Source of the DNA: Macrostomum lignano
Taxonomy: Eukaryota
Direction: 5' to 3'
Assembly (NCBI GenBank): GCA_002269645.1
Contig: NIVC01002823.1
Coordinates: 73,874-137,873 of the forward strand
Length of the DNA: 64,000 bases
A program made the position numbers and the translations under genes. Below are positions 27,051 to 43,795 of the stretch, piece after piece. The stretch's first letter is position 1. Every line of letters starts with the position of its first letter. The notes under the pieces are model-generated. The model was not told the DNA's origin and searched no databases. It was given only the letters and a program-made list of their open reading frames with translations.

Positions 27051-30000
27051 ATGGCTTATTATTGCGACTCACCCACATGTGCATCATGCTGTTTGAAGAC
27101 GGTTTCAGTTACAGTGACAATGATTTTGATGGTAAGTGTTTTATATCTTATCAAAAATATTTTTTGTTATCTAGTTAAGGGTCAAAGACAAGATTTTTTA
27201 GTTAAATCAATTAAAAATATGCTAAGGAGAAAAAATGGCACTTGCATTTAATTTAACATTTTAATGTATACATTTAAGTCAGTTGATAGATAATACTTAG
27301 ATGTTGTATATTGTATATTGATATCTATATGGCTATATCTATCTATATTCATATTGCCATTATATTTTACTTAAAAGTTATAAATAGATACTAAGAATAA
27401 ATTGAAGTAATAAGAATCCCAACCAACCTTCCATTTTTTGTAGAAAAGGCAAGCCAAGACATTAGTGTTACATTATTTATTTATTAAACTAGTAACAATA
27501 GCATATTTGAATAATTATACTAATTCATTGTGCTAATATATATTTTAATGGTTATAATTGCTTTATACAGTATGGATATATTGACATTTGTAAAAGAGCT
27601 ATTATCTCCTTCTTTTTCCCTCCTCATTTTGTAATAAGGTTAAGACTAGCTTTGGCAAAGTTAAATGTTTTTTATTTTTAAACTGCTTCCCAGTGTTTAT
27701 CTAATTTATATTGCAATGGTACTAGAAAAGAATAGATTAAAACCTAGATAAAAAGAGAAAGTTGCTTAGTTTTCATATTGAATTTGCTATATTTTTGGTA
27801 GACTAGACATTAGAGCAAAATCTGGATAATTCAATAGATATAAAAAAATAAGGCATTTTTATAATTTTCTGGTTTTAGTCTAGATATTGGTCTTGATTCT
27901 TGATAACCCAATTGACAAAATAGTTCAAAAACTAGCTCTTTATATAAGAATACCTCCAAAACTAGATGACTGAAATGAAAGTTGGGTGAAATCCAGACCT
28001 AAATAGGATAGAAAAAGCAAAAAAAAAATAAATTCTTTAAGGATATTGTCTGTAGTCTCTAACTTAAGTAATTGTAAACTATACAAATATAGTTCTCTAG
28101 AAAGTATTTGTTTTAGCAAAGGTTACATTTGATCAATATTTTCCAACAAAAAATCACCTATTATATCTTTTAACTAATTTAGAAAGATCTGAAAAGCTGA
28201 TTAAAAATTCTTTATGACGACTAAAATAAAATTATTCTTTGTTTAACTATTTAAATATAATAATGACAATTAAACAGTAAGAAAAGTTTTGGAACTTTAC
28301 TTGGACAATTTACTCTGTCATTGACAAAATCTACTTTTCTTCCACCCAGGCCATCTGTGTTGAGCGGCTGGTGCTGGATCTGCTTGGCTACCAGTGGACG
28401 GGCTGCATCTTCGACTTCGCCACTCTCCTCAGCTGCCTGTTCGCCGTGGCAGCCGTCTGCCAGCTGCGGCCGGGCTTCTGCTACGCTGTTGGCGCCTGGC
28501 TGCTGGCCTGGCTCGGCTGGAACGCCTTCCTGATCTGCTTCTACCTGGACGTCGACGGCCTGCAGGAGCGGGCGGCCAGCGTGCTGCACTGGGGCACTGG
28601 CAAGACCAGCTACTGGCGAAAGCTGCTGATTGGCTGCTCAGATTATCGGCTGCAGCTGCGGCTTCCGGTTGCGTTGCTAGGCAACCAGAATAACGGCACA
28701 GATAGTTCCGCTTTGTGGTGCCTGGTGGATTATCGAACAGCCGAGCTGCTGCACTGCGCAGCGGGGGGCGGCGCCGCCCTGCTCAGCATCCTGCTGCTCT
28801 GCTGCCTCGCCTGCCAGCTGCGCGAGGAGCTGCGCAAATTCGAACGGCCCGGCGGCCCCGCCTCCGCCTACCTGCCCGTGTCGGCCAACTCCAGCTTTGT
28901 GAAGATCCGGCCAGGCCGCCGGATGATGCGCCGGCCCGGCGACCACCCCGAGGCCAGCCTGTCCGACGCCGCCGCGGCCGCGGCTGCCGCCAGCTACGCC
29001 GACAATTCGCTGGGCCGCCGCTCGGCCGGCAGTCGTCGGAGCAGCGTCATGCGCGACCCCCTGCCCTGGGTTGAGCTTCAGGTGACCGGCGCGCCGCCGC
29101 AACAGCAGCAGCCGCCGCCACTGCGAGTCAACAGCGACGAGGGAGAGGCCAGCGAGTTCATCGACGACGCCCGGCCGCCGCCCTACACGGCCGGGTCCAA
29201 TTACCCGCGGCACCGGCCGCCGCAGCAGCAGGCGAGAAGGCGGCACCGCAGCGCCGGCAGCAGCGGCCGCAAGCGCAAAAGTCGCAGGCGGGCAGCGGCG
29301 GCTCCTCAAGCGGCGCCAACTGGCGCTGGCGCCGCCGTTAGTCTCACCGCTGCGTCGATTCCTCGGCCATCGTCGGCTATTGGTTTCCATGACAACCTGG
29401 CCTACGCTAGGGACGATGAACTAGATGATCCACCGCCGCCTCCTCCGCCGCCTGTTCAGCAGCTGCCGAAGCTGCCACAGTTCAATCCGACAGCCGGCGG
29501 CGGCGGAGTCGTGAACCGGACCTTCCGCCTGTCCTCCGAGTCCGTGCCTGGCGGCCCAGCCACGCCCTACGCGTCTGGCGCCGCTCCGATCTTCCGGCAG
29601 CAGCAGCAGCCGCCGTTTGCCCAGCTGGGCGATGACGAAGAATTTCCGCCGCCTCCGTCTCCGGCGCTGTTCCAGCCGCCGGTGTCTCAGCCGCCCCCGC
29701 CGCCGACTCAGCAGCAGCAACAGCAGCAGCCAACTGGGACTTCGGCTCAGCAGCGGCTGTTCAGCCCTCAGCAGCAGCAGCAGCACAGCATTCACAGGCC
29801 ATTGCGCAATCAGCAGCCCGCCGCCGCCGCTGTTTCGAGTTCCCGCAGTCGAGCTCCCATCTCACCCGATGCAGCGTTTTCAGGCCTCGACCAGCTTGAC
29901 GGCGGCGACGCCAGGCTGAGCACCCGCGGCCAGCAGCAGCCGCCGCCGCACCTCAGCCGCTCCTCTGCCGAGCAGAAGCCAATCTTTGTCAGCACGAGAA

Positions 30001-30224
30001 GCGAGGCGGCCGCGGCTGCGGCTGTTGCGGCTGCTGCCGCTTCGGCATCTTCCACTGCCGCAGTTGGCGGGCCAGCCTTTGGTCACGTGACCTCGCCTCG
30101 GGCCAGCCTGCCTCGCCATCCGTCATATCGAAGCGCCACGTCTCCAGGAGTCGGAGGCGGCGGCGGCGGAGGAGATGCAGGAGTTTTTATCGGAGGCGTT
30201 CACGGCAGCTCTGTGCTCATCTGA
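27051..30224 (+). CDS. NKAIN: Na+/K+-ATPase beta-subunit-interacting (NKAIN) family protein with long Pro/Gln/Ala-rich tail; exons 27051-27131 and 28350-30224
   Basis: The spliced N-terminus MAYYCDSPTCASCCLKTVSVTVTMILM|AICVERLVLDLLGYQW...WLGWNAFLICFYLD...SYW matches the NKAIN motifs (ERQIFDFLGYQW, WNVFVICFYL). Phase-0 intron with GTAAGT donor and CCCAG acceptor. Confidence 0.9.
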
Positions 30225-31476
30225 GCCGCCCTAGCAACCAAATCTTGCCAGTGATTGCTTGTTTAACAATTACTAGCTACTACCCTGACAAGTAGTTTGT
30301 GCGGACATGTAACTCGCATCATTTTTAGAGTTTTCAAATGCCTCCCGCTTTTACGCGTGGTGCCTTGTTGGAAATGAATTTACATGTCTTAGTGTACTTT
30401 TATAAAACCTTTGTACATTACTTATTTCACCTACTGTACATACTTGTACCTGTATAAACACATGTAAAGTGCAGCCAACTTGTGTCTGCAATCGAATTCT
30501 TATATATTGTTCCAGGAATGTGATATTATTACATTTGGATTTTAAGTGGCTTTTTTATCTTTACGCGATGTTTTTCAAAGCAATTTTCAGGGTCTAATTG
30601 AATATTTTGACATATAGACATGCGCTAATGTTGCTACTTTGGTGAGTAGTGTGCTGGATATTGTTGGACATTCTTTGCGATATAAAATTTTAGTTTTTAT
30701 TCATTGGTTATGAAGACGAATTGATATTTATAGTAGATGATGATTGCAACCTGTAGTTCTACTGCACCAAATGTTTTATATATTAAACTATACATATCTG
30801 TGCACTTTACTCTGCCAAGACTGTTGAACACTGAACTGCAATTTCTTATTTTGTAAATCTAATACGTATGTTACTGTATTAAATATATTAAACATGCTCG
30901 TATCTTCAATTTTCGGATTCCTCAAATTTCTGCAGTAATTTTCTCACTTTCTTTTATTTTGTGGCAAAAATGCGTTTTTTCTACTAGCAGTTTTCTAATG
31001 AGTAGTACGATGACGATTTTAAAAATACTTTTATCCGCGCTAACCTTAATGATGCCATTGCATCAAACCTGTGCTAATTTGCTGCTCTGTCTGAGTCTGT
31101 CTGTTTTGTTCTGTTTTCCTGGCGGGCTGGACGTAGGGCGTGCGTGCTTTTGAGACAATTTCCACGTGTTGCATCACCGCCCCATTCTCGGCTCCCAGGC
31201 CCTGGGGCTTCTCGGTGGCAAGCATTCGGTGTCGCTGCATGTCTTCGAGTTGCGTTGCTAACGAGCCATAAATTGCGACTGAATAGCCAACTGTTGCGTA
31301 ATCGCTCAGGACTGTTTGCTGAGCTGCCCGCCCACCGCATGCGGCTCGGGCCCACCGCTGCTCACCGTGCAGAAAATGCTCAACATGAATGTATTGCATG
31401 AACAAGCGCTTGGTTGCAATGAAAATTGTTCAAGTTTCATCTCTGCTTTTCCAGGAGAATGCTCGATCTTCTAGCC

Positions 31477-31477
31477 C

Positions 31478-31562
<85 letters not shown>

Positions 31563-31564
31563 TA

Positions 31565-31620
<56 letters not shown>

Positions 31621-31634
31621 TAGTGTCTGTCTGT
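31477..31634. repeat. (CTGT)n microsatellite with CTTAGT interruptions
   Basis: Direct reading. The same interruption motif occurs in the B9D1 intron. Confidence 0.95.
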
Positions 31635-32718
31635 TTTCAACGCAGATTTCAGCTATAATAAATCAGAAAACCGAAGCAGTTGAGCAGAGGTCTGCTCCAT
31701 CTGGCCAGCCCCAAGCATTGCCCAGAGCGCCCCAAAAAAGCAGCACTGATCCCCTCACTTTACTCTGTTGTGCCGTAGAATATTTGCCGCTCTTACCTGC
31801 AGAAAGAGGGGGAGGGCGCTACGCCTTCACGCACCGGTGACGCCCACGCAGGCGCGAGCGCGCATCTCTGCGTGTTGCTGTGCCTGAAGATTTCTATTTT
31901 TAAGTTTCTCTTCCATCCAGGGAGTCCTACTGAGTGAGGCGGAGTCTGGAGCGGGAAGAGCTCGCTTGATTTCGTCGTTTTTTTCTTTGAACGTCTCGGC
32001 TCATTCGCGAACTTTGAAGCGCATAACTTCACGCGATACTTTTTATCTGACTGTCTCCTGTTCGTAAAATGAAAAACTTCATTTGGAATCAAGTTGAGTT
32101 TCAGTCCAGTTGTCTAGTAACAGCTGTCCATGACTATTTTGAACAAGCAGAAGCAGAGATGGGTAAGGGCAGAAGAAGAAAATTTTGGGAAAGGGCCGGT
32201 GCCGCAGGTCCCGCCTCGTGCCGCCGGCCCACACCCCCAGGCCCCCAAGACTGTTTGCTCAAAACTTTCACTTTCATAACTGGAGCCCTCGGCACTCTGC
32301 GGCCGTTACTGAGGTTGGCTTCTATTGCAACTGCTATGGGGCATTCAGTCTATTGAAGAAAGCGGATTTCGTCTGCAGGCAGAGAAGTTCCCTGTTGAAA
32401 CTATTTCTAAAGAAAATCAATGGTCAGCCATAGGGTAGCCTGGGGTGAAACTTGGGTTTGGCAACCGCAGATGCGTTCGTGCCAATGCATTCATTATTCA
32501 ATAGCTTTTTAGGGCAGGTGTGCTCAGCTAAACGGCGTGAATCTGAGTGGACACACAAGAGAGAACTCAAGTCTGCATTCAATTATTTAACGGACTCAAC
32601 TGGTCGGGTGTTTGCACGCTATGCTTGGAGTTCGTCTGGTGATTGCCTGAAACTCTTGCGAAGCGTTGTGAGTTTGTTGCCTGTCTGAGCTCACGGGTTT
32701 TTTAAGGAGTTTGCCATT

Positions 32719-33087
32719 CATAAAATCACCTGAGTCAACGGGTTAGTGATGAGGTTGTCACTCATAAAATCACCTGAGTCAACGGGTTAGTGATGAGGTT
32801 GTCACCCATAAAATCACCTGAGTCAACGGGTTAGTGATGAGGTTGTCACCCATAAAATCACCTGAGTCAACGGGTTAGTGATGAGGTTGTCACCCATAAA
32901 ATCACCTGAGTCAACGGGTTAGTGATGAGGTTGTCACCCATAAAATCACCTGAGTCAAACGGGTTAATGATGAGGTTGTCACCCATAAAATCACCTGAGT
33001 CAAACGGGTTAATGATGAGGTTGTCACCCATAAAATCACCTGAGTCAAATGGGTTAATGATGAGGTTGTCACCCATAAAATCACCTG
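32719..33087. repeat. 44/45-bp tandem repeat, about 8.3 copies, each containing TGAGTCA
   Basis: CATAAAATCACCTGAGTCAA starts at 32719, 32763, 32807, 32851, 32895, 32939, 32984 and 33029, with a partial unit at 33074. Confidence 0.96.
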
Positions 33088-33871
33088 TATCTTATCTATT
33101 TATTGCTTTAGTGGTACAACTCTCAAAATTGTCACAATAAAAGATGTAAAAGAAGACTTTGAGCTGCCAAGCAATACAGGTGTGAATAAGTTTTCACTGG
33201 ACGAACCTTGCAGCTAATGAAGAGGTGCAATTATTGCTTTTCCGGTCTTCAGCCCCCCCCCCCAGCCACAGTGCAGGTGAAGCTCAGTTGAGGTCCGCAG
33301 AAACTGCATGGTGAGTTCTGTGAGCTGCTGCTGAGATGAAGCGGGGAGTTGGGGGCGGTGGGGGCGGCTGCAGGTCTCTGACTGACTGCAGAGCAGTGCC
33401 TTGCACAGAATGAAATAAATATTCTTAGGAAGGGCGACAGTTCAGCTGAGACTCTCCCGCTCTCGCCTTTGCCGTTCAGAAGATAAAAAAGCAGAGTAGG
33501 CCCAAGTTCGGGCTCAGCTGCAACTCAGCTGTACATTATCTCAGAATTATTTGCCGCAGAGCCGTGCGAGCTTCGCCTGTCCAAATTCGGACTTGTTCGA
33601 GATTCAGCTGCTCACTGGGCTCGGTTTTGGACCCGTCTGCCCTGCCAGACTGGCCCCCTATTGGTCCTGAGCAGGGCAAGGCCTGAGCACTGAGACAGCT
33701 GCCCAGGGGGTCAGTGTGTGAATGGGTGAGGCAGGCCTGTGTTTTAAATAAATTGCCTGCAGACCGGACCCCCCACCCCAGCACTCTTGAAATTCTACTT
33801 CGCATTTCTCTCGCTTTGCATTTCGTTTTGTCTTGGAATCGAGCTCGGGCAGTTGCAGCCAACATGCGGCC

Positions 33872-38629
<4,758 letters not shown>

Positions 38630-38681
38630 CGGTTGCCATGGAAACTGATCAGAGGACAACTGGACTAAAAATTCTGTCAAA

Positions 38682-39143
38682 AATAGACACTCTCAGCTGC
38701 TGACAATAGCCACTCCCAGCTGCTGACAAGAGATACTCCCAGCTGCTGACAATAGGCACTCCCAGCTGCTGACAATAGGCACTCCCAGCTGCTGACAATA
38801 GCCACTCCCAGCTGCTGACAATAGCCACTCCCCAGCTGCTGACAAGAGATACTCCCAGCTGCTGACAATAGGCACTCCCAGCTGCTGACAATAGCCACTC
38901 CCAGCTGCTGACAAGAGATACTCCCAGCTGCTGACAATATGCACTCCCAGCTGCTGACAATAGGCACTCCCAGCTGCTGACAATAGCCACTCCCAGCTGC
39001 TGACAAGAGACACTCCCAGCTGCTGACAATAGCCACTCCCAGCTGCTGACAAGAGACATTCCCAGCTGCTGACAATAGGCACTCCCAGCTGCTGACAATA
39101 GACACTCCCAGATGCTGATAAGAGACACTCCCAGCTGCTGACA
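38682..39143. repeat. 23-bp minisatellite (CACTCCCAGCTGCTGACAATAGC), about 20 copies, just 3' of the Ig-mucin stop
   Basis: Direct reading. Confidence 0.95.
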
Positions 39144-40274
39144 GAAAGCACTTCTCCACAGACATTTTCCAATCAATCTTTCATGAGATTTTAGAAGCCA
39201 CTAAATGGCCGAATATCTGGTGGCCAATTTGTGCAATTTTCTGCTTTTGCAAAAGAACAGAATGAACTTCTGAACTGCTACATGTATCACAGGTTCCAGA
39301 AGACTACTATTGACTTTGATTTGGAATTCTTGTCCCGGTTGCTTTCGCTCGGGAATGTGAGACATGCGAACAATGTACTTTTAATTAGTTGCCTTGTTGC
39401 AAGCATATTATCTCCATTACGTCTTTCTCTGGTTCATTAACTAATCTTTTTTGCGTGTTAAATAATGTCTCTTATGCGCTTATGTTTGTGAAGACTGCTT
39501 TAAAAGTCCACAAAATATTTATTAAACTCCTTTCCCTGTTCATTGTGCTGTGCAACTGTACGCTATGATCTCCTGCACTGATGTTTTCTGTTTATTTCAT
39601 TTTTACCTCACTTCAAGTTCTGCGGGCAATAAATCGGCTGTCGGACAGTACAATCGATGTGATAATATTAGCACTAACTGGGTTGAAGATTAACTATACT
39701 GTAATCATGTAAGTTCGTCAATTCACTATTTTGTTAATATCGAGTACTTTATTGAATTCACTAATGGACATGGTAAGCTAGTTGCATGTGATAAAAATAA
39801 AAATGCAAACTACTCCATTTTCGAGAATAATTGCATGCGAGTATAAAACTTATTGCATTGTTTGCATTGCTCTTCGCGATAGCGTCATGGCCATTTATAG
39901 AGCACAGCAGCACAATAGTGCAATTGCGAAGAAAAACAATTCATCTTTACTTTTCATAAGCATTTGAAGCAGTTTTTGTACTATAAGTAGAAACACAAGC
40001 ATTTTAATGGAATTATTTAATCGAAACTGCAAAAGACAAAAAAATCTGAGGAACCAGCGTCTTGTAAAATGGCAAAAAAAATATGTATATTTGAGAAAAC
40101 TATTTTACATCATGGTACTGTTGGAAGCAGGCAACTATTTCGCAAATCACCTGTTCATTAAATGTCCCGATTACAAAAGTTCAGCGTCCGAGGCAGCTTA
40201 GCACCGAAAAAAAGCGAATTTGTTAATTGTTATTTGTTAATCCGTAAGAAAGGATTTTCAGGTAGTTAACAGAG

Positions 40275-42542
40275 CTACAGCCTTGTACTTTGACGGACTC
40301 GATCTAGCCGTTTGAAAGGCTTCTTCTTCTTCTTCTTCTTCGTCTTCAGCGCTCGCTTTACCGGCGCGGCGGCGCCGAGATTTGCGGGGGCCATCGCCCC
40401 ATGCTCCGAAGGAGCGAGAGACATTTTCCCGGGTTCCGGAGGAGCTCCTCGTGATCGTTCCCGACCAGGGCCATCCGTCGAGCGTCTCCCCGGTGGCAGT
40501 GAAGTAGCGCATGGGCGCTGTCGTCGAGTTCTCCGCAGTCCGGGCACTGCGGATTATCGATCATACCGAATCGGTGCTGGGTCTCGGCGCAGAGCATCGT
40601 CATGCCTGCGCGAAGCTGGCACACCGCCGTTTGCTCCCGCCGGTCTCTCGCTTTGAAGTCCGGCCAGGGTTGCGGCAGGGTTTCTTTCTCCAGGGTCCGG
40701 CGATCGCGGCGAATGGCTGCTTTTGCGGCGTTGAAGGAGATGGGCACTTCCTCTTGGGGCAAGCCTCTTGCCATGCCGGCCGCGCGGTCCGCCGCTTCAT
40801 TAAGGCTGATGCCGCAGTGGGCTGGCACCCAGATTAGTTCTATGTCGGCCGTTTCGTTGATGTCTAGCATGTGGCGCCAGCAGTCCGTACCGGTCTTAGT
40901 CGCCTGGGCTAGTGGTCCGGCCCCTAGTGCTGTCAGTGACGATAAAGAGTCGCTACATAGGCGAATCTTCTTTTCGCTCGGGCTGCGGTTGTTCTTAATA
41001 AAAACCAGTGCTTCGCGGATGGCTATCATTTCTGCGTCAAATGAGCTACAGATGATTCCGGCCGGGGCCTTGCGCACATGGCTCGCCAAGTTCGTGCAGG
41101 TTATAGCGGCGCTGCCGCCGGGTCCGGTGCCGTCCGCCACCGATCCGTCTGTCCACACGCTGATGTCAGCCTCAGGCAGTGACTGCAGAAACTCCGTTGC
41201 CGCCGCGCTCCGGGACTCCTGGGGGTCCGTGCGGCGGCATCGGGCCGAGATGTCCAGGCGGATGTTAATGTCCCGTGTGTCGCACTCCCACGGCGGGATG
41301 CCGGGGCTTACCGGGTCGCCTCTTTTGTGGGAATCCAATATGGCAACCGACGGCAGCTCCAGTGCCGCCCTCCTCCAGCAGTTCCGGAAGGGGCGGGTGG
41401 CGTCCCGCGGGTCGATGAGGTTCAGCGAGTTCGGCTGTGCTTCGTCGTCGGCGCCGCCGTCTCCGTGGGTGCGGCCGTGATCGCGTGCCAAAGCTTCGTA
41501 GGTACGGTTTTTCAGTCTAGGCCTGGTGTTCCGCAAGGCTACTTGTCCCGCCGAGACACTCGGGTCGAGTCTGAGGACTCTTTCCCTTAGGCGTGCCGCC
41601 CTCTCGGACGCGATGAATGAGAGCGGTGTGAGCCCGGCCAGTTGTAGGACTGAGCGGATGTTGGTCGGCATGATACATCCCGTAATCAGTCTCGCGCACG
41701 CGTTCTGCTGCTGTTCAATAGCTCGTCTGGTGGAGGGGGCGGCGCCGCATAGCCAGGTACCTGCGGCGTACTCGGCCACAGCGCGGACGGTACTGATGTA
41801 GGCTGTTCGGATCGTTTGTAGATCAGCTCCGGTGCTCCTGCCGGCCATCGCTGCGAGCGGTCGGCGTCTGGCGCACATCTTGGCGCGGACTGTCGCGGCG
41901 TGCTGCGCGAAATTGAGTTGACCGTCTAGGCGAACACCGAGGTAGTTCGGGGCTGGGTCAAAGGCTATTGGCTTGTCATCGATGAGCAGGTTGAGTCTCT
42001 TTTTGCCGTTTGATTCCTTTGCGTCCAGCGTGAAAGTGCCGTACACGCTCTTTTCCACGCTGAGCTCCACTTTCCATTCCTTGCACCACTGTGAGACGGC
42101 GTTCAGCGCGGGTTGCAGCTTCTCTTCACATGTGTCCAGAGACCTGTTAGAGGTCAGGAGGGCGCTGTCATCGGCATAAAGTTTGATGGAAACACCCGCG
42201 GCGGCGTTTAGCACCGCATCAGCCAGATCGTTGACGTAGACTAACCACAGTGTGGGGGCGAGCACCGACCCCTGTGGTAGTCCTTCCCGGAAGATGCGTT
42301 CTTTGCTGGTGCAGTCGCCGACGCGCACGCGGGCTCTTCGGTCTGACAGGAAGGCCTTGATCCACCGGATGACGTCGGCTGGCACTCCCAAGTCTCGCAG
42401 CTTCGAGTAGAGAGCCGCCCTCCAGACTCTGTCGTAAGCGCGGCTAAAATCAAGCAGGCAGAGCACTGACCTGATGTGCGGGGTGGCCTCGAGCTTGTCG
42501 AAAATCTCCTGGGAGATGTCGGCAATGAGCTCCTCGTTTGAA

Positions 42543-42587
<45 letters not shown>

Positions 42588-43795
42588 ATGATGCTCAAAG
42601 TGGCCGATCACCTCGGACCGGGGTCCGCGTCGGTACGATGTCAAACTGCCGCGAATGGTTGCCCTGGCAACGGCTGCCGGGTCGCGCTCGCCATTAAAGT
42701 AGTGATGCCCTGCCCGGCTGCTCAGGTGCTCATTGATGGTGCCTCGCCACCAGCCCGCCGTGTGCCGCCCTGAGCCGCCCACGCTGACAGCTCGAGTGAA
42801 CTGCTGCCGACTGTCCGCTGGGGGCACCGGCGGCTCCTCCCGCTGGCGTTGAATCCCTCGGGACAGCAGCTCGGACAGGTCGGCAGCGTCGGTGACAGCT
42901 TCGGCCAGCTTCAGCAGCGTTGGCCGGCGCTGGCTGACGGCGCTGGCAGCTGATGCCGCTGTTGTCCGATTGCCATGGCCCGAGCTGCTGCTACTGCTGG
43001 CTGCAAGCTCGTTCGGAACTTCGTCCAGCAACGAGTTATCATCCAAACCGTCTGCGACCGCTGCTGCTGGTGCTGCTGCCGTCGGCACCTTTGGTTGGGT
43101 AAGGATGCTGCATTGCTTACTTATAGCTGTGGTATCTTGTACTGGCTTTGTCTCTTCTATGCTCTAAGTTTCTGTCTGGATTTAGTCCATGAGGATGTCT
43201 GGATGAATTGGTTTGGCCCTAATGGTGTTGGATGCTTAGTTGGATCTTTTGATAGGACTTTCTGCTTTGGTGAACTTTACTAAGGCTTTTGATTCCTTGA
43301 ACTTTGTCCTGTAGTTCATTGGTTTGGTCCATGCTACACTCGCAACCCGTGCAGAAATCACTAGAGACGGGTTTCGCTGCAAAAAACTGCATTGTCAAGT
43401 TAGGAAGCTGGCAATTAGTAAACTTTCGAATGGCGAGAAGGCGAAAATGTTGAAAACTTCCAACACCAGCCTCCAGATAAATTTACACGATTTACGAGTG
43501 TAGAGTCCTTCAAATTGAGCTGTTCGTGCATCAGCCTCCTTACTGCATTTTGCTTTGATGTTGCCGCCAGTGCTGCCGAACTGCGGGCCGCTCGGGCATC
43601 GGTTGAGACTGGCAGATGAAGCCGTCGGTGCGGCTTCGAGTTCGCCGACTGCAGCTTCACTGTGGCGGCGCGTCGGTGCCCGCTGTCGAAGCGGTCGTCT
43701 GTAAAGGCGGCATTGTCGAATGCCGGATATCGGCGAGGATCGTAGATGGCAAAGAAGGCCACCGAGGACGATGGAGACGGGGCTGATGAAGCCAT
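40275..43795 (-). CDS. Uncharacterised protein (295 aa if intact, ending PFKRLDRVRQSTRL) whose last exon is interrupted by a LINE; exons 43795-43496 and 43088-42535 + 40308-40275
   Basis: Phase-0 splice CTC|GTAAAT...CAAAG|GTG joins the two ORFs. Removing the LINE and one TSD restores a continuous frame to TAG at 40275. The true 5' end may lie further upstream. Confidence 0.7.
40321..42534 (-). mobile_element. 5'-truncated non-LTR retrotransposon (I-group-like): partial RT, RNase H, C-terminal CCHC knuckle, (GAA)n tail, 12-bp TSD
   Basis: Motifs LDFSRAYD, GLPQGSVLAP, YADD; RNase H WTDGS...DAE...SDS...WVPAHCGISLNEAAD; CPDC...H...C. Stop at 40358-40360, then (GAA)7. TSD CGTTTGAAAGGC at 40309-40320 and 42535-42546. 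Confidence 0.96.

Noticed and set aside
31046-31900. Possible minus-strand exons around the (CTGT)n tract
   Set aside because: Donor and acceptor candidates exist but could not be joined into a credible protein.
40358-42598. 746-aa ORF as a host-RT fusion protein
   Set aside because: It starts at TTG in the +1 frame of the host's CAT/CAG tract with no AUG; the RT is 5'-truncated.
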